From Cryomorphaceae bacterium (GTDB lineage Bacteria; Bacteroidota; Bacteroidia; Flavobacteriales; UBA7430), in assembly GCA_019649675.1 (NCBI GenBank), contig BOWN01000001.1, forward strand, positions 463,263-527,262: a DNA stretch of 64,000 bases, given 5' to 3'. This document shows, piece by piece, positions 12,375 to 25,522 of the stretch. Numbering within the stretch: position 1 is the first letter of the stretch; each line of letters starts with the position of its first letter. Both the position numbers and the translations under genes were made by a program. Under the pieces are notes generated by a model that was given only the letters and a program-made list of their open reading frames with translations, did no database searches and was not told the DNA's origin.

Positions 12375-13532
12375 TTAATGAGGCATCCACGATTTAAAAT
12401 AATCTGGATTTTCTATATCTAATGCATGTTGCGTTATTTTTAAGGGTCTAAAAGTATCAACCATAACAGCGAGCTCCTGTGTTTCCTTCTGACCTATACT
12501 TCGCTCCATTGCTCCAGGATGCGGGCCATGTGGTATTCCAGCAGGATGTAAGGTAATGTGACCTTGTTCAATGTCGTTTCTGCTCATAAAGTCGCCATCC
12601 ACGTAATATAAAACTTCGTCTGAATCTATGTTACTGTGGTGATAAGGAGCCGGTATTGCTTTTGGGTGATAGTCGTATAATCTTGGGCAAAATGAACAAA
12701 TTACAAAAGCAGACGTTTGAAATGTTTGATGAATAGGCGGAGGCATGTGTACTCGACCTGTAATAGGCTCAAAGTCGTGAATAGAAAATGCATATGGAAA
12801 ATTATAACCATCCCAACCTGCTACATTAAAAGGATGTGTGCATAAGTAAATTGATGTAAAATCATTTTCTTTTTAATCTTAATCAAAAATCACCTTCTTT
12901 ATCGTAACACTCTAAATTTTTGGTGTTCTAATGTCTCTCTCACAAAAAGGTGAATGCTCTAGGAGTTGCCCAAACTTATTTCTGTACCTATTTGGCGTGT
13001 ATATCGGACTGAAAGACTCTATAATGAAAAGTCGGTTGTCTTCAGAGTCAAAATCAATTTGATAAATGATGCCCCTAGGAATAACCAAATAATCGCCATA
13101 TGAAAACTTAATATTTCCCATCATCGTTCGAAGGGTCCCAGATCCTTTGTGAATGAAAAGTACTTCGTCTGCATCTGCATTTTTATAAAAATAATTTCGA
13201 AGTGAGGTCTTTGGTGCCGCTAAAGAAATATAACAATCATTATTCACTAAAACAGGAATTCTACTTGTTAAATAATCATCAGAAGTAGGAATTTCAAAAC
13301 CTTTTAGCAATCGTGATTTTAAATTTTTATCATCTGCTATTTTAGGACTAAGATCAACAATCTTTCCACTGGCTTTTACCTGAGTTGGTCTGTTTACATG
13401 ATAGAGCAATGATGACATCCCAGAAAAACCTTCAGTACCAAAGAGTTGTTCATAATGATACTTACCGTTCTCTTTCTTAAACACAGTGTGTCGTTTATGT
13501 GGGATATTTCCTAGTTTTGAATAAAATGGCAT
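12375..13532 (-). CDS. hmgA: Homogentisate 1,2-dioxygenase (frameshifted)
   Basis: EQLFGTEGFSG, FYKNADADE, PPPIHQTF, PYHHSNIDSDE, HGPHPG; cotranscribed with hppD. Confidence 0.9.
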
Positions 13533-13816
13533 AATTTAGGTTTTAAATCTTCTAAATGGGGAATAAAATGGTTAGGAATACAAATGTAATCGATTTATTC
13601 AAAACATATCATGCATATTATCAGTTCATTTGTATTAACTAATTTACTTAACCCTTAAATCGAAGAAGCTAAACGCTGTAATCTACTGGTTTATTGAAAT
13701 TCATATAAAACTACAAAATAAGCACTTATCAAACTTGATATATTAAAGATTTCATATCGTTTTCAGCAATCCAAATATCGTATATTTGTTTACTTTGTGA
13801 AGCTAAAATTATATAT

Positions 13817-14770
13817 ATGACAAAAGATACCATTCTCGTAGTAGGTGCTTCAGGGCAAATTGGAACTGAATTGGTAATACAATTGAGGTCTGTTTACGGG
13901 AATTCTTCTGTCGTTGCATCTGATCTAAAATCAGCCACTAAAGAAATTATGGAGGGAGGACCTTTTGAGAATTTCGATATTATGGATGAATCTCGTCTGC
14001 ATGAAGTTATCAAAAAACACAATATCACTCAGATTTATTTATTGGCAGCGCTTTTATCTGCTACAGCAGAAAAAAACATTGAGCTTGGCTGGGCACTCAA
14101 CATGCGTTCTTTGTCGCATGTTCTAGATTTAGCAAGATATGGGAAAATTAAAAAAATATACTGGCCAAGTTCTATAGCTGTTTTTGGCCCTTCAACACCA
14201 AAGATAAATACAGGTCAATATACCGTTATGGAGCCAAATACCGTGTACGGTATTTCAAAACAAGCAGGAGAGCGCTGGTGTGAATATTACCACAATAAAT
14301 TTGGTGTAGATGTACGAAGCCTTCGCTACCCTGGCTTAATTAGCTGGAAAGAAAAACCAGGAGGCGGTACTACAGATTATGCTATTCATATTTATCATGA
14401 AGCACTAAAGCGACAAAAATATGAGTGCTTTCTTTCAGCAACCACAACCTTACCTATGATGTATATGTCTGACGGAATTCGAGCTACCTTAGAGCTTATG
14501 GAGGCCCCTGCCGAAAAAATAAAAATTCGTTCGTCATACAATATCGCTGGTATTAGCTTTAATCCTGAAGAAATAGCAAACACAATTAAAAAACACATTC
14601 CTAAATTTGAAATGTCTTATAAATTAGATCATCGTCAAAGCATTGCAGACGGTTGGCCTCAATCTATTGACGACCATTTTGCTGGAGCACATTGGGGTTG
14701 GAAATACCAATTTGATCTAAATGAAATTACGGAAGACATGATTGCAAACCTCAGAAAAGAGTACAATTAA
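13817..14770 (+). CDS. SDR/epimerase-fold L-threonine 3-dehydrogenase-like protein
   Basis: [37 protein letters not shown]. Confidence 0.88.
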   Translation: MTKDTILVVGASGQIGTELVIQLRSVYGNSSVVASDLKSATKEIMEGGPFENFDIMDESRLHEVIKKHNITQIYLLAALLSATAEKNIELGWALNMRSLSHVLDLARYGKIKKIYWPSSIAVFGPSTPKINTGQYTVMEPNTVYGISKQAGERWCEYYHNKFGVDVRSLRYPGLISWKEKPGGGTTDYAIHIYHEALKRQKYECFLSATTTLPMMYMSDGIRATLELMEAPAEKIKIRSSYNIAGISFNPEEIANTIKKHIPKFEMSYKLDHRQSIADGWPQSIDDHFAGAHWGWKYQFDLNEITEDMIANLRKEYN

Positions 14771-14784
14771 AATTAACACACATC

Positions 14785-16248
14785 ATGCAAAACTTAAAAC
14801 TTTACAACTCCCTAAGTAGAAAAAAGGAAGCGTTTAAACCAATAACCGAAGGCCGAGTTGGAATGTATGTATGTGGCCCTACAGTATATGGCGATGCTCA
14901 TTTAGGTCATGCTAGACCAGGAATCACATTTGATGTTGTGTATAGATACTTACAGCATTTGGGCTACAAAACGCGTTATGTGCGAAACATTACAGATGTT
15001 GGACATCTGGTAAATGATGCCGATGAGGGTGAAGATAAAATTGCTAAAAAAGCACGTCTCGATCAGTTAGAACCTATGGAGGTTGTGGCATACTATACGC
15101 GAAGTTACCATAGAGATATGGCGCTTCTAAATACCCTACCACCTAGTATAGAACCAACTGCTACTGGTCACATTATTGAGCAAATTCAAATGATTGAAAA
15201 AATCCTAGCAAATGGCTATGCATACGAAGTTGACGGAAACGTATACTTTGATGTGGTTAAATACAATAAAGATCATGCTTATGGAAAATTGTCGGGAAGA
15301 AACATCGAAGACATGATGTCGAATACTCGTGAATTAGATGGACAATCAGAAAAAAGAAACGCTGTAGATTTTGCCCTTTGGAAAAAAGCCTCTCCAGAGC
15401 ATATTATGCGATGGCCTTCACCATGGTCTGAAGGCTTTCCGGGCTGGCATCTAGAATGTTCTGCTATGAGTACAAAATACCTCGGAAAGCGGTTTGACAT
15501 TCATGGAGGAGGAATGGATTTGGTGTTTCCACATCACGAAGCTGAAATTGCACAATCTTGTGCCAGCGATGGGCATGATGCGGTCAACTATTGGATGCAC
15601 AATAATATGATTACCATTCATGGGCAAAAAATGGGTAAATCTCTTGGAAACTTTATCACATTAAGTGAATTCTTTAGTGGTGAGCACGAGAGTTTAGATC
15701 AGGCATACAATCCAATGACCATTCGCTTTTTTATACTTCAAGCGCACTATAGATCTACGGTAGACTTCTCTAATGAAGCCCTACAAGCTGCAGAAAAAGG
15801 AATGAATAAGTTGATGACTGCAATAGACACTTTAGAAGGGATTACAACTTCAAATGAATCTAGCCTAAATGTAGAAGACTACAAACAGAAATTCTACGAT
15901 GCCATCAACGACGATTTTAACAGCCCTATTTTAATTGCCCACATCTTTGATGTGGTAAAACAAATCAACTCTATTGCGGCCGGGAATGGAAGCCTTAATG
16001 AAAAATCAAAAAATGATTTAATGAAGCTTATGAACGACTTCTGCTTCGATATTTTAGGTTTGAAAAAAATAGAATCTGAAACAGAAGATGGCTTAAGCGA
16101 CGAGATCATGGAAGTTGTTTTGGGCTTAAGAAAACAAGCAAAAGAAAATAAAGATTGGATTACCGCAGACTTTATTCGTGATGAACTCGCTAAGCTAAAT
16201 ATTACAGTTAAAGATTCGAAAGACGGAGCTAGCTGGACAAAAAAGTAA
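14785..16248 (+). CDS. cysS: Cysteine--tRNA ligase
   Basis: [40 protein letters not shown]. Confidence 0.98.
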   Translation: MQNLKLYNSLSRKKEAFKPITEGRVGMYVCGPTVYGDAHLGHARPGITFDVVYRYLQHLGYKTRYVRNITDVGHLVNDADEGEDKIAKKARLDQLEPMEVVAYYTRSYHRDMALLNTLPPSIEPTATGHIIEQIQMIEKILANGYAYEVDGNVYFDVVKYNKDHAYGKLSGRNIEDMMSNTRELDGQSEKRNAVDFALWKKASPEHIMRWPSPWSEGFPGWHLECSAMSTKYLGKRFDIHGGGMDLVFPHHEAEIAQSCASDGHDAVNYWMHNNMITIHGQKMGKSLGNFITLSEFFSGEHESLDQAYNPMTIRFFILQAHYRSTVDFSNEALQAAEKGMNKLMTAIDTLEGITTSNESSLNVEDYKQKFYDAINDDFNSPILIAHIFDVVKQINSIAAGNGSLNEKSKNDLMKLMNDFCFDILGLKKIESETEDGLSDEIMEVVLGLRKQAKENKDWITADFIRDELAKLNITVKDSKDGASWTKK

Positions 16249-16277
16249 AATATGATATTACTAATGAATTCAATCGA

Positions 16278-17255
16278 ATGAAAAAAATAATCTTAATACT
16301 TCTAAGTTTATTAGTGCAAGGCTGTGGGAATGAACCAGCTGTAAAAAAGAACACTTCTGCACCTAAAAAAGTCGTAGAAGTACCAAGCTTCAACTCAGAC
16401 TCTGCCTATGATTTCATTGCCAAGCAAGTGGCCTTTGGTCCTCGGGTTCCAAACAGTAAAGCACATCAGGCTTGTGGAGAATATCTCATCAATACTCTAA
16501 ATCGATATTGCGATACTGTTATCGTTCAAAAAGCAGACTTAACTGCGTTTAATGGCAATGTTTTAAAATCAAAAAACATTATTGCATCCTTCAAACCAGA
16601 ACGCGCAAAACGAGTTATGCTTTGTGCACACTGGGACACCCGTCCTTTTGCAGATCAGGCAGAAACAAATAAAAATACCCCTATAGAAGGCGCTAATGAT
16701 GGGGGAAGCGGTGTGGCTGTGCTTTTAGAAATGGCGCGTCAGTTTTCAATAAAAAAACCTGATGTAGGTGTAGACATCATTCTCTTTGACTCGGAAGACT
16801 ATGGGCAACCTGACGAAAGTGAGTATCCTAGAATGCAACATTCCTATTGTTTGGGATCGCAGTATTGGGCGCAAAACCTTCACAAACCAAACTATTTTGC
16901 AAAGTATGGCATATTACTAGATATGGTTGGGGGAAAAGAAGCGGTATTTACCCAAGAGTTGACTTCTATGACTTTTGCAGAGAAAACGGTTAAAAAGTTT
17001 GGAATACTGCTGCTGCACTTGGTTACGGTGGACAGTTTCTGTTTCAAAAACCAACCTTGTTATTGATGATCATTACTATATTAACAACTACGCAAATGGA
17101 CGCGTACCTACCATAGACATCATTGAACACGATGCCTCAACAAAAACAAGTTCTACAAGCACTGGCATACGCATGAAGACAAGCTGGAACACATAGATAA
17201 AAACTCGCTAAAAGCAGTAGGTCAAACCGTTATGTACGTGGTTTATAACGAATAG
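16278..17255 (+). CDS. M28 family glutaminyl cyclase-like lipoprotein (3' frameshifts)
   Basis: Lipobox-like VQGC, FGPRVPNS, AHWDTRP, GANDGGSG, DSEDYG, LLDMVG, DDH. Confidence 0.88.
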
Positions 17256-17261
17256 GTGTAT

Positions 17262-17290
17262 AAAAAGCCCCTGCAAATGCAGGGCTTTTT
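17262..17290. terminator. Bidirectional terminator between convergent genes
   Basis: aaaaagcccctgca-aa-tgcagggctttt. Confidence 0.75.
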
Positions 17291-17308
17291 AAATATTATA
17301 AGAAGCAC

Positions 17309-19492
17309 TTACTCAGCTTTTACCAAGTCCATTTCTTCTATTAAGTGCGTTGCACCTGCGTACTTATCTACAATAAATAAGACGTAACGAATGTCGCAAG
17401 AAATTGTTCTTTGTAATTCTGGTTCAAAGGCAATATCGCCACTCATGGCTTCCCAATTCCCATCAAAAGCAGTTCCGATAAGGTGTCCTTTTGCGTTGAT
17501 CACTGGCGATCCAGAATTCCCACCAGTAATATCTGTATTGTGAATAAAGTTAATGATAAGATCTCCGTTTTTGTCGGCATATTGTCCGTAATCTTTGGCA
17601 TCATAAAGATCAATAAGGCCTTGTGGCAAATCAAACTCATGATCGCCAGGCACATACTTTTCAATAACACCCTCTAAAGTTGTTATATAATCATAATGAA
17701 CCGCATCTGCTGGCACATAATCACCTACAGTACCATAGGTAGTTCGCATGGTAGAATTTGCATTCGGATAATACACTTTATCTGAGTCCATTTTACGAAG
17801 ACCATCTACAAATAAGCGGTTTCCTTTAGCAAGCATCGCATCAGACTCTGCTGTGACAGCACCCATACTAAAGTAGCTTTGCACAATAGACCCAGCAGAC
17901 ATTGCTGCAAGATCTTTTGAGAGTTTCTTTGCATTTGGCGCAAGGATAAAGGCATTAAAACGTGCCTCGTCTGTGAAGAAAGACTTCGCATACATCTTAG
18001 CTGCGAAATTGGTAAAATCGCCTTTATACTTTTTATCTACATGAGCAAAAAGCTTGGATGCTGTGAGGCATCTACTCTGCTTGATATTTGGCAAACAATT
18101 TGGCAAATTGCTCTTCATCTAAAGCTGCATTATAATTTTTAAAGTGTTCTGAAGCAGAAGCTTGAGCTGTGAAATTAAGGCCGCTTTTTGGTCAGGATCT
18201 TCTGTGCTTAAAAGCTGCTCAATCATTCGGTTGGCACGGTAGGTAATAAAATAACATCTGTTCCTCTAATCCTACTTCCGAAAGGAAATTAGCACCTTTT
18301 TCTGTTGCATCCGATGCCGCATAGGCTTGTTCAATTAAGCTCAGCGCCTCACCGTATTTTGCTTTATTTGAATCAGAAGAATTTGCAAATGCGGTAAAGT
18401 CTGCTTCAATGGCTTGTTTTTTTTCATAAACACCCAAGCGCTTCAATCCTTTAGATTGGCCTATAAAGTATTTCCAATAGTTGGCCGTTTGAGCATATTT
18501 TGAAGCATATTGATTCTAACAGCTGGGTCGGCATCCATATACTTTTTCATGATGTTTAATTTTAAATCACGAATGTCAACAATGGTAGGCGCTTTAATAT
18601 CGAGCATTTGCTCTACACCCCATGAAGTTAGAAAACGATCTGTAGAACCTGGATAACCCCAAACCATGGTAAAGTCATCATTCTCCACACCCTCTAAAGA
18701 AATAGGTAGGTGGTGGTAAAAAGCATTGTTTTTCTCTCTTAACTCTTTTGTTAAAGGAACATTCTCTTCTGCATAAGCCGCAGGTGTTCCATCAGGCGCA
18801 GCGTAGATTCGGGAAAATGGAAAAGTCGCCCGTATGACGAGGCCACATCCAGTTGTCGGTATCGCCACCGTATTTTCCTACTGAAGATGGAGGGGCACCC
18901 ACCAAACGAATATCGCTAAAACGCTCATACATGAACATGTAAAATTCATTACCCTCGTAAAAAGACTTTACCTTACAAATATAACTGTTGTCTTCTGTTG
19001 CTTCTGTCTTAATTGCTTTCATTTCTGCATCTATAGCCTGAGCACGTTCCACCTCAGTCATCTCATCATTTACAACAGCCAATATACGCTCAGTAACATC
19101 CTCCATTCGTATTAAAAATCAACAAATAAATCTGGATTTTTAAGCTCTTTAGATCGGTCCATCGCCCAAAAGCCATCTGTTAAATAATCATTCTCCACAG
19201 TAGAATGGTCTTGAATGGCACCATATCCACAATGGTGATTGGTTAAAAGCAAGCCTTCTGCGGAAATAACTTCTCCTGTACAAAAGCCACTAAAACTTAC
19301 AATGGCATCCTTCAAACTAGAGTTGTTAATGCTGTATAACTCTTCTGCTGTGAGTTGCAAACCTGCAGCTTGCATGTCTACCTCATTTAAACGCTTAACA
19401 AACATAGGTAGCCACATTCCTTCGTCTGCTTTTAAAGAAATAGGTGCGACAAAAAGAAAGGCTAAAATGAAACCTAAAATTTTCTTATTCAT
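17309..19492 (-). CDS. S46 family dipeptidyl peptidase, DPP7-like (frameshifted)
   Basis: ADEGMWLP, LTNHHCG, DTDNWMWPRHTGDFS, TDITGGNSGSPV, AFDGNWE. Confidence 0.95.
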
Positions 19493-19639
19493 CTGAATAT
19501 TTTTTTCGATTAATAATTATAGTATCACAAAGAAAAGAAATATTCGCAAATAATGGGGCCTCATTAAAGAGGCGATTTCCATCATAAAATCTAAAATACG
19601 GCTCAAGAATAGAAAAATAAAATGCAGATTTAAGCTATA

Positions 19640-21247
19640 CTATTCGATGGCATTCCTGCCCCACTGCTGATCAAGCCAAATTAGTCTTTGCTTAATCCAT
19701 GTCTTAAGCAAATCCAATTCTTCTTTATGCGACTGTGACTTGTATTTGTTGGGCCAGATTTTCTTCCCCATTAATGGCCACTTTTTAAAATTTAATGGTT
19801 GATGAGCAGAAAGCGTATTCTCAAATTGTTCAATTAATTGGTCTATATTATCATTTCTCAATACACTTTTTCGATGCGCAATATAACGTCGTTTAAGAGA
19901 GCTGTTAAACTTTTTATTTTCCCATAATCTATTCCACCAAAAAGGAAGATGATCTGAATAATTCCATCTACAACAAAGCCCTCTGACTAAAAGCATTACC
20001 GTGTTCTGCTAAGCCCCAGGCAATGTTATAATCCCAAGCAATTGGTAATCCAACTTTTGCACCATCAAAAAACCCAAAAAGGTGCTCAACCTGTAAGCAT
20101 CAATGTTTTTACTAAGCTCATTTAAAATAATAAAATCCATAAAACTAATTGTATCCATCAGGCTCAAATCATCATTCAAAATAGCCTCTTCAAAAGCGCT
20201 TAGAACTCGGTCTATTTGTGTTCTTTTTTGTGCTGAATAATTTGATGGAGACTCGATAATATAGGCGGCATTATTTCCTTTTTCTATCCTCTTATAATGT
20301 ACAATATCGCAAGGCGCCCTATCTATTTGAACCAAGAAAGAGTTTGTGTCTAGGTTGTTAATTAATTTTGCATACTGTTGTTTCGGGTGTTCTAATAACA
20401 AATATAAACCGTGATAGTCCCCATTCAACAATACATTTGTAAATACCGAAGGATTCGCAACGCTACTCATTTGAGCATATAAATCATAACTCAATTTATT
20501 TCTTATTAAAGATTTGTCGCTATATGGGGCATACAACACTGATTTGCTAATTGTTATGTCTTTGAAATATGACTGGTGTAATGTTTTAAGTGCGAGTTGC
20601 TTCTTTGGAAACACCTTTGAGCTTGAGCCTCTTATCTTAAGTTTTGAAGCGACAGTTGTGGTTTCATTGTTTGTTATCATTTTAACTTCTGCATTTTGGT
20701 AATCTGCATCTGTTAAAGGAGTATTAAAAGTATTAATCTCAAGCAAAGGAACGCGCTCGCTTAGCAAAGCTTTTTTCGATCTCAACTCTGCAGTTTCAAG
20801 CTCTATCAAATCTCTTGCCTTGTTTTTTTTAGCATGTTTTACCAAAAAGGTCAGTTCGGTATCATCGGTTAATTTTATTCTGTAATATGCCTTGCCCTTA
20901 TCGGGGTAAAAATAATAGTTGTCTCCCCTGACATTTTCATTTTTATAAAATTCCCTGCCCGAGTTGTGATAGATTATTTTTTTTTTCTGAAATAAATAAA
21001 ATGCTTTATTATGTTCTAAAAAAAAGTGAAACTCATTATTAACGATATCCGGCTCAACAAATAACAAAGAGTAGATGCTGTCATTTTCTTGATGGGTGAT
21101 AGTGTCTACCTTGAATAACAGTGGGTCTTGGGAAGATATAATTTCAGCAGCAGACTCGGGTGTTATCTGCAGCATTGTGGCATGATCTATTTTAGTGCAT
21201 GAAACTAAAACAACGCTTAATATGATAATAAAAATATTTTGATTCAT
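19640..21247 (-). CDS. CotH kinase family lipoprotein (frameshifted)
   Basis: LVSC lipobox, KIRGSSSKVFPKK, DKSLIRNKL, NGDYHGLYLLLE, NELSKNIDAYRLS. Confidence 0.8.
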
Positions 21248-21414
21248 TTATTACGCTAAAATTATCAATTTTTCTATATCACTATAAGGTAATTGAATTT
21301 TAAACCTAAAAAAATGCACCCTAAACAGAACGCTTCATACCAATTTAGCTCAATAGAGAGCTAAATTCTGTTTAAGCCTTAAAAAAAGCCTTACTATCTC
21401 TGCTGCTTTTTTAT

Positions 21415-21843
21415 TTATTCCTCATCACCAAAATCATAGGAGATTTCGGCCTCTAGCCAGGCATCAATTTCTTTAAAATTCTCTATAGCTCTGCGGTCTC
21501 TTTTTGTCGGTCTTCCGAGACCGCGATCGCGGTCTTCGCTTGCACGTCGACGGTGGTAAAAAGCTCTAAATTTCTCTCTTTCTTCAACTGGAGTTAAATC
21601 TTCGTAACAATCTTTGGCAATGGCATAAGCAACTCGTCTTTTTAAAATTTCTAATATTTTAAACTGCAGTTTAAGGCCGTTTTTATCTACTGAGATGTGC
21701 TCGCCCTCTGCAATAGGACGTGCCGGCTTGCACTTGGTATTGTTCACCTTTACTTTTCCCGATTTACATGCCTGAGTGGCCATACTTCTGGATTTAAAGA
21801 TGCGTACCGTCCAAAGCCATTTGTCAATTCGTGTTTTCTCCAT
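21415..21843 (-). CDS. hslR: S4-domain ribosome-associated heat shock protein Hsp15
   Basis: RIDKWLWTVRIFKSRS, GRPTKRDRR. Confidence 0.9.
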   Translation of the reverse strand: MEKTRIDKWLWTVRIFKSRSMATQACKSGKVKVNNTKCKPARPIAEGEHISVDKNGLKLQFKILEILKRRVAYAIAKDCYEDLTPVEEREKFRAFYHRRRASEDRDRGLGRPTKRDRRAIENFKEIDAWLEAEISYDFGDEE

Positions 21844-23641
21844 CTTTAAAATATTTTATCAGTTTATGTGCTTTACTCTTGCCCAAGAGTTCTGTTAATT
21901 CTTTAATTGAGGCTGCTTTTATGCGCTTAATAGATTTGAATTTCTTTAATAGGTCGGTTTTAGATTTTGGACCAATTCCTGGCGCATCGTCTAAGGTAGA
22001 ATGCAAACTTAATTTGCTTCTTTTGTTTCGGTGGTGCGCCAAACTAAATCGATGTGCTTCATTACGAAGATGCTGAATCAGCTTTAAAGATTCTGATCGC
22101 TTATCTATATAAAGTGGCACAGAGTCGCCAGGAAAATAGATTTCTTCCAGCCGTTTTGCAATACCCACAATTGCAATTTTTCCTCTGAGTTTAAGTTTTT
22201 CTAAAGCTTTTAAAGAAGAACTAAGTTGACCCTTACCCCCATCTATAATAATGAGCTGAGGGAAGGATTCATTCTGCTCTTTGAGTCTTTTATAGCGGCG
22301 GTACACTACCTCCTCCATAGAGGCAAAATCGTCTGGACCATCTACTGTTTTAATATTAAAATGGCGGTAGTCCTTTTTACTTGGCTTGCCATTTTTAAAC
22401 ACCACACAGGCTGATGCTGGGTTGGTTCCTTGTATGTTGGAATTGTCAAAACATTCAATTTGTAAAGGTAGTTGCGACAGGCGCAAGTCATTTTGCAACT
22501 GCTCCAAAATACGTTTGATGTGTCGCTCGGGATCAATAATATTTAAGGTTTTTAACTTTTCTTGGCGCATATATTTTGAATTGCGTAGTGAAAGGTCAAT
22601 TAATGCTTTTTTATCGCCTCTTTGCGGCACTAATACTCTTACATCTTCCCAAGGACTGTCGATAGCTTTATTGAGTAATATTTCTTTTGCAGAAGAATGA
22701 AACTTTGCACGAATGTTAATAAGCGATAAGCTCAATAAATCTTCATCCAACTCATCGAGCTTTTTCTTTATCTCCAAATTGTAAGACTGTATTATGGCTC
22801 CTTTAACTACCTTAAAATAGTTAATGTAAGCAGAATCGGTATCTGAAAATATAGACATCACATCTACATGATCGATTGTGGGGCTAACCACTGTAGATTT
22901 AGATTGATATTGCTCTAAAGCTTCTAGTTTCTCTTTAATTTCTAATGCTCTTTCATACTCAAGCCTATTAGAATATTCCTGCATCTGTTCTTTTAAAGGC
23001 TTTATTAAGCTTCGTGTATTTCCTTTTAAAATACTCCGGATTTCAGAAATCGTTTGGCTGTAAGATGCTTCGTCTTGATGCCCTTCGCAAGGGCCTAAAC
23101 ATTTTTTTATATGATAATCTAGACAAACCTTAAACTTGCCTTTTTCGATGTTCCCCTCACTTAAATTAAAGGAACAGCTGCGCAGCTGATAAAGCTGATT
23201 GATAAGTTTTAGAAGTAATTTTATTGATTTTGTTGAAACATAAGGGCCAAAATATTCAGAGCCGTCTTTTACAACCTTACGTGTGGAAAATACTCGAGGA
23301 AAGCGTTCTTTTTTAATACAAATCCATGGATATGTTTTGTCATCTTTTAGCAAAACATTATATCGTGGCTGGTGTTTTTTAATCAAGTTATTTTCAAGTA
23401 ATAAAGCATCTATCTCATTCTCAACCAAAATATATTCTATCCTTTCAATCTTTTTTACCAGGACTCTGGTTTTGGCATAATCTGAGTGCTCTTTCTGGAA
23501 ATATGAAGAAACGCGCTTTTTTAACTTTTTAGCTTTCCCCACATAAAGAATCGTATCTTGTTTGTCAAAAAATTGATACACACCCGGAACCAAAGGAAGG
23601 GTTTTTAAACATTGAGCAATATGTTCTTTTATTTCGGGCAC
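21824..23641 (-). CDS. uvrC: Excinuclease ABC subunit C
   Basis: PGVYQF..YVGKAK, IECFDNSN, IDGGKGQL, RNEAHRF, HhH end. Confidence 0.98.
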   Translation of the reverse strand: MPEIKEHIAQCLKTLPLVPGVYQFFDKQDTILYVGKAKKLKKRVSSYFQKEHSDYAKTRVLVKKIERIEYILVENEIDALLLENNLIKKHQPRYNVLLKDDKTYPWICIKKERFPRVFSTRKVVKDGSEYFGPYVSTKSIKLLLKLINQLYQLRSCSFNLSEGNIEKGKFKVCLDYHIKKCLGPCEGHQDEASYSQTISEIRSILKGNTRSLIKPLKEQMQEYSNRLEYERALEIKEKLEALEQYQSKSTVVSPTIDHVDVMSIFSDTDSAYINYFKVVKGAIIQSYNLEIKKKLDELDEDLLSLSLINIRAKFHSSAKEILLNKAIDSPWEDVRVLVPQRGDKKALIDLSLRNSKYMRQEKLKTLNIIDPERHIKRILEQLQNDLRLSQLPLQIECFDNSNIQGTNPASACVVFKNGKPSKKDYRHFNIKTVDGPDDFASMEEVVYRRYKRLKEQNESFPQLIIIDGGKGQLSSSLKALEKLKLRGKIAIVGIAKRLEEIYFPGDSVPLYIDKRSESLKLIQHLRNEAHRFSLAHHRNKRSKLSLHSTLDDAPGIGPKSKTDLLKKFKSIKRIKAASIKELTELLGKSKAHKLIKYFKDGENTN

Positions 23642-23712
23642 AACTCAAATTTAAGAAAAGTAATGCGGGTTCGAAATTGGATGAAGCTTTTTAAGATTAA
23701 AATATAATCCTA

Positions 23713-24516
23713 TTAATTCCAGAATTCTCTCTTTTTATCCCGAGCGCGCTTCAATTGTAAATATTCCTCTGTCGGAACTTTAATAAAAGATGGGTGCTGC
23801 TCGATGGCAAATTCCAAGAGTTCAACAATTTTATCTACCGGGTCGTTTTCATAATTAATTTCCAATGGTTTTTTAATAACCATAGATTGTAAGATGCCTT
23901 TTTTTTTGATCAGCAGGCCTCTTTTGTCAAACGATCGTCTAAAGCCATCTATAACAATAGGAACAACAATGGGTTTGTATTTTTTTATAATGTGGGCCGT
24001 TCCTTTTCGGATGGGATTAAAGGCTTTTGTTGTACCTTGCGGAAATGTAATAACCCAGCCATCTTCCAAAGCTTTTCCAATATTACTTATATCTTTGAAA
24101 TCTACCTGTCTTTTTATAGACTCTCCCGATTCGCGCCATGTGCGCTTAATTGATACAGCGCCTATGTAGGCCATAATTTTGGGTAAAAATCCCGATTTCA
24201 TAGTCTCGGTGGCAGCCACATAGTATAAGTTGGTTTTGGGTCTCCACAAATAACCAACATTTTTAATGCTATCTATACGTCCTTTTAAAGAGGCATTAAA
24301 AACATGATGCATGGCAGTAACGTCTGCAAAGTAGGTTTGATGATTAGAAACAAAAAGAATGTTTTTTTCTGGCAACTCTCTTATAATTTCAGAGCCTTCT
24401 ATTTTTAAACTATTAAAGCCTTGGTATCTTCTATGAGACAAGGTTCCTAATATTTGAATTAGCCAACGTTTTAAAAATACGTAATGCCCAAAAGGGTCTT
24501 TGTGTATTATTCGCAT
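23713..24516 (-). CDS. Lysophospholipid (PlsC-like) acyltransferase
   Basis: SNHQTYFAD, FPQGTT. Confidence 0.88.
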   Translation of the reverse strand: MRIIHKDPFGHYVFLKRWLIQILGTLSHRRYQGFNSLKIEGSEIIRELPEKNILFVSNHQTYFADVTAMHHVFNASLKGRIDSIKNVGYLWRPKTNLYYVAATETMKSGFLPKIMAYIGAVSIKRTWRESGESIKRQVDFKDISNIGKALEDGWVITFPQGTTKAFNPIRKGTAHIIKKYKPIVVPIVIDGFRRSFDKRGLLIKKKGILQSMVIKKPLEINYENDPVDKIVELLEFAIEQHPSFIKVPTEEYLQLKRARDKKREFWN

Positions 24517-24526
24517 ACTGTAATTC

Positions 24527-25522
24527 CTACTTATACAAAAGTTCCATTTCTATTAATTTCTCAGCGATTTGTATCGCATTAGTAGCTGCGCCCTTGCGCA
24601 AATTATCAGAAACCACCCACATGTTTAGAGTATTCTTATACGACTCATCTCTGCGCAGTCTCCCAACAAACACATCATTCTTTCCTTCGGCATATTTCGG
24701 CATAGGATAGGTATTGGTGTCCGTATTGTCTTGTAAGGTTAGGCCTTCGGTGTCTGAAATGGTTTTGCGTACTGTTGTAAGATCGAACTCTTTTTTAAAC
24801 GTAACATTAATACTTTCAGAATGTCCTACCATAACGGGAACACGAACCGCTGTAGCTGTTATACCTATTGACCGGTCTCCTAAAATTTTTCGTGTTTCAT
24901 GTACCAATTTCATCTCTTCCCTGGTATAACCAGTAAGCAGAAAATCATCGCAGTGAGGCAAACAGTTTTGGTAAATTGGATAGTGGTAGGCCATCTCTGA
25001 TTGGGCTCCTTTAGCCTCGTTTTCCAGTTGTTTTTTTGCCTTAACTCCAGTGCCTGTAACAGATTGGTAGGTTGAAATAACAAGCCTTTCTAAGCCATAA
25101 AGTTTATGTAGAGGTGCCAATGCCATTACCATTTGTATGGTTGAACAGTTGGGGTTGGCAATTATTTTATCCGCTGCGGTTAATTCTGATGCATTAATCT
25201 CGGGTACAATTAGTTTGTGGCCTGGTTTCATTCTCCAAGCAGAAGAATTGTCAATTACGGTAGTGCCATTAGCAGCAAATTTTGGTGCCCAATCCAAAGA
25301 GCATTCAGCGCCTGCCGAAAATAAAGCAATATCTGGATTTAACTTTATTGCTTGATCAAGAGACTGCAAAAAATATTCTTTTCCTTGCCAAGAAATGCTT
25401 TTACCAACTGACTTGTGAGAGGCTACCAAAATTAAATCTGTAATCGGAAGTTTGCGTTCTGCCATAACTTTAAGCATCACACCACCTACCATTCCTGAAG
25501 CACCAACTAACGCAATTTTCAT
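24527..25522 (-). CDS. asd: Aspartate-semialdehyde dehydrogenase
   Basis: VGASGMVG, IIANPNCSTIQ, DNLRKGAATNA. Confidence 0.97.
   Translation of the reverse strand: MKIALVGASGMVGGVMLKVMAERKLPITDLILVASHKSVGKSISWQGKEYFLQSLDQAIKLNPDIALFSAGAECSLDWAPKFAANGTTVIDNSSAWRMKPGHKLIVPEINASELTAADKIIANPNCSTIQMVMALAPLHKLYGLERLVISTYQSVTGTGVKAKKQLENEAKGAQSEMAYHYPIYQNCLPHCDDFLLTGYTREEMKLVHETRKILGDRSIGITATAVRVPVMVGHSESINVTFKKEFDLTTVRKTISDTEGLTLQDNTDTNTYPMPKYAEGKNDVFVGRLRRDESYKNTLNMWVVSDNLRKGAATNAIQIAEKLIEMELLYK

Noticed and set aside
16278-17255. Glutaminyl cyclase plus Gln-starting secreted proteins as a novel system
   Set aside because: N-terminal pyroglutamate formation on signal-peptidase-I substrates is already established in Bacteroidota.
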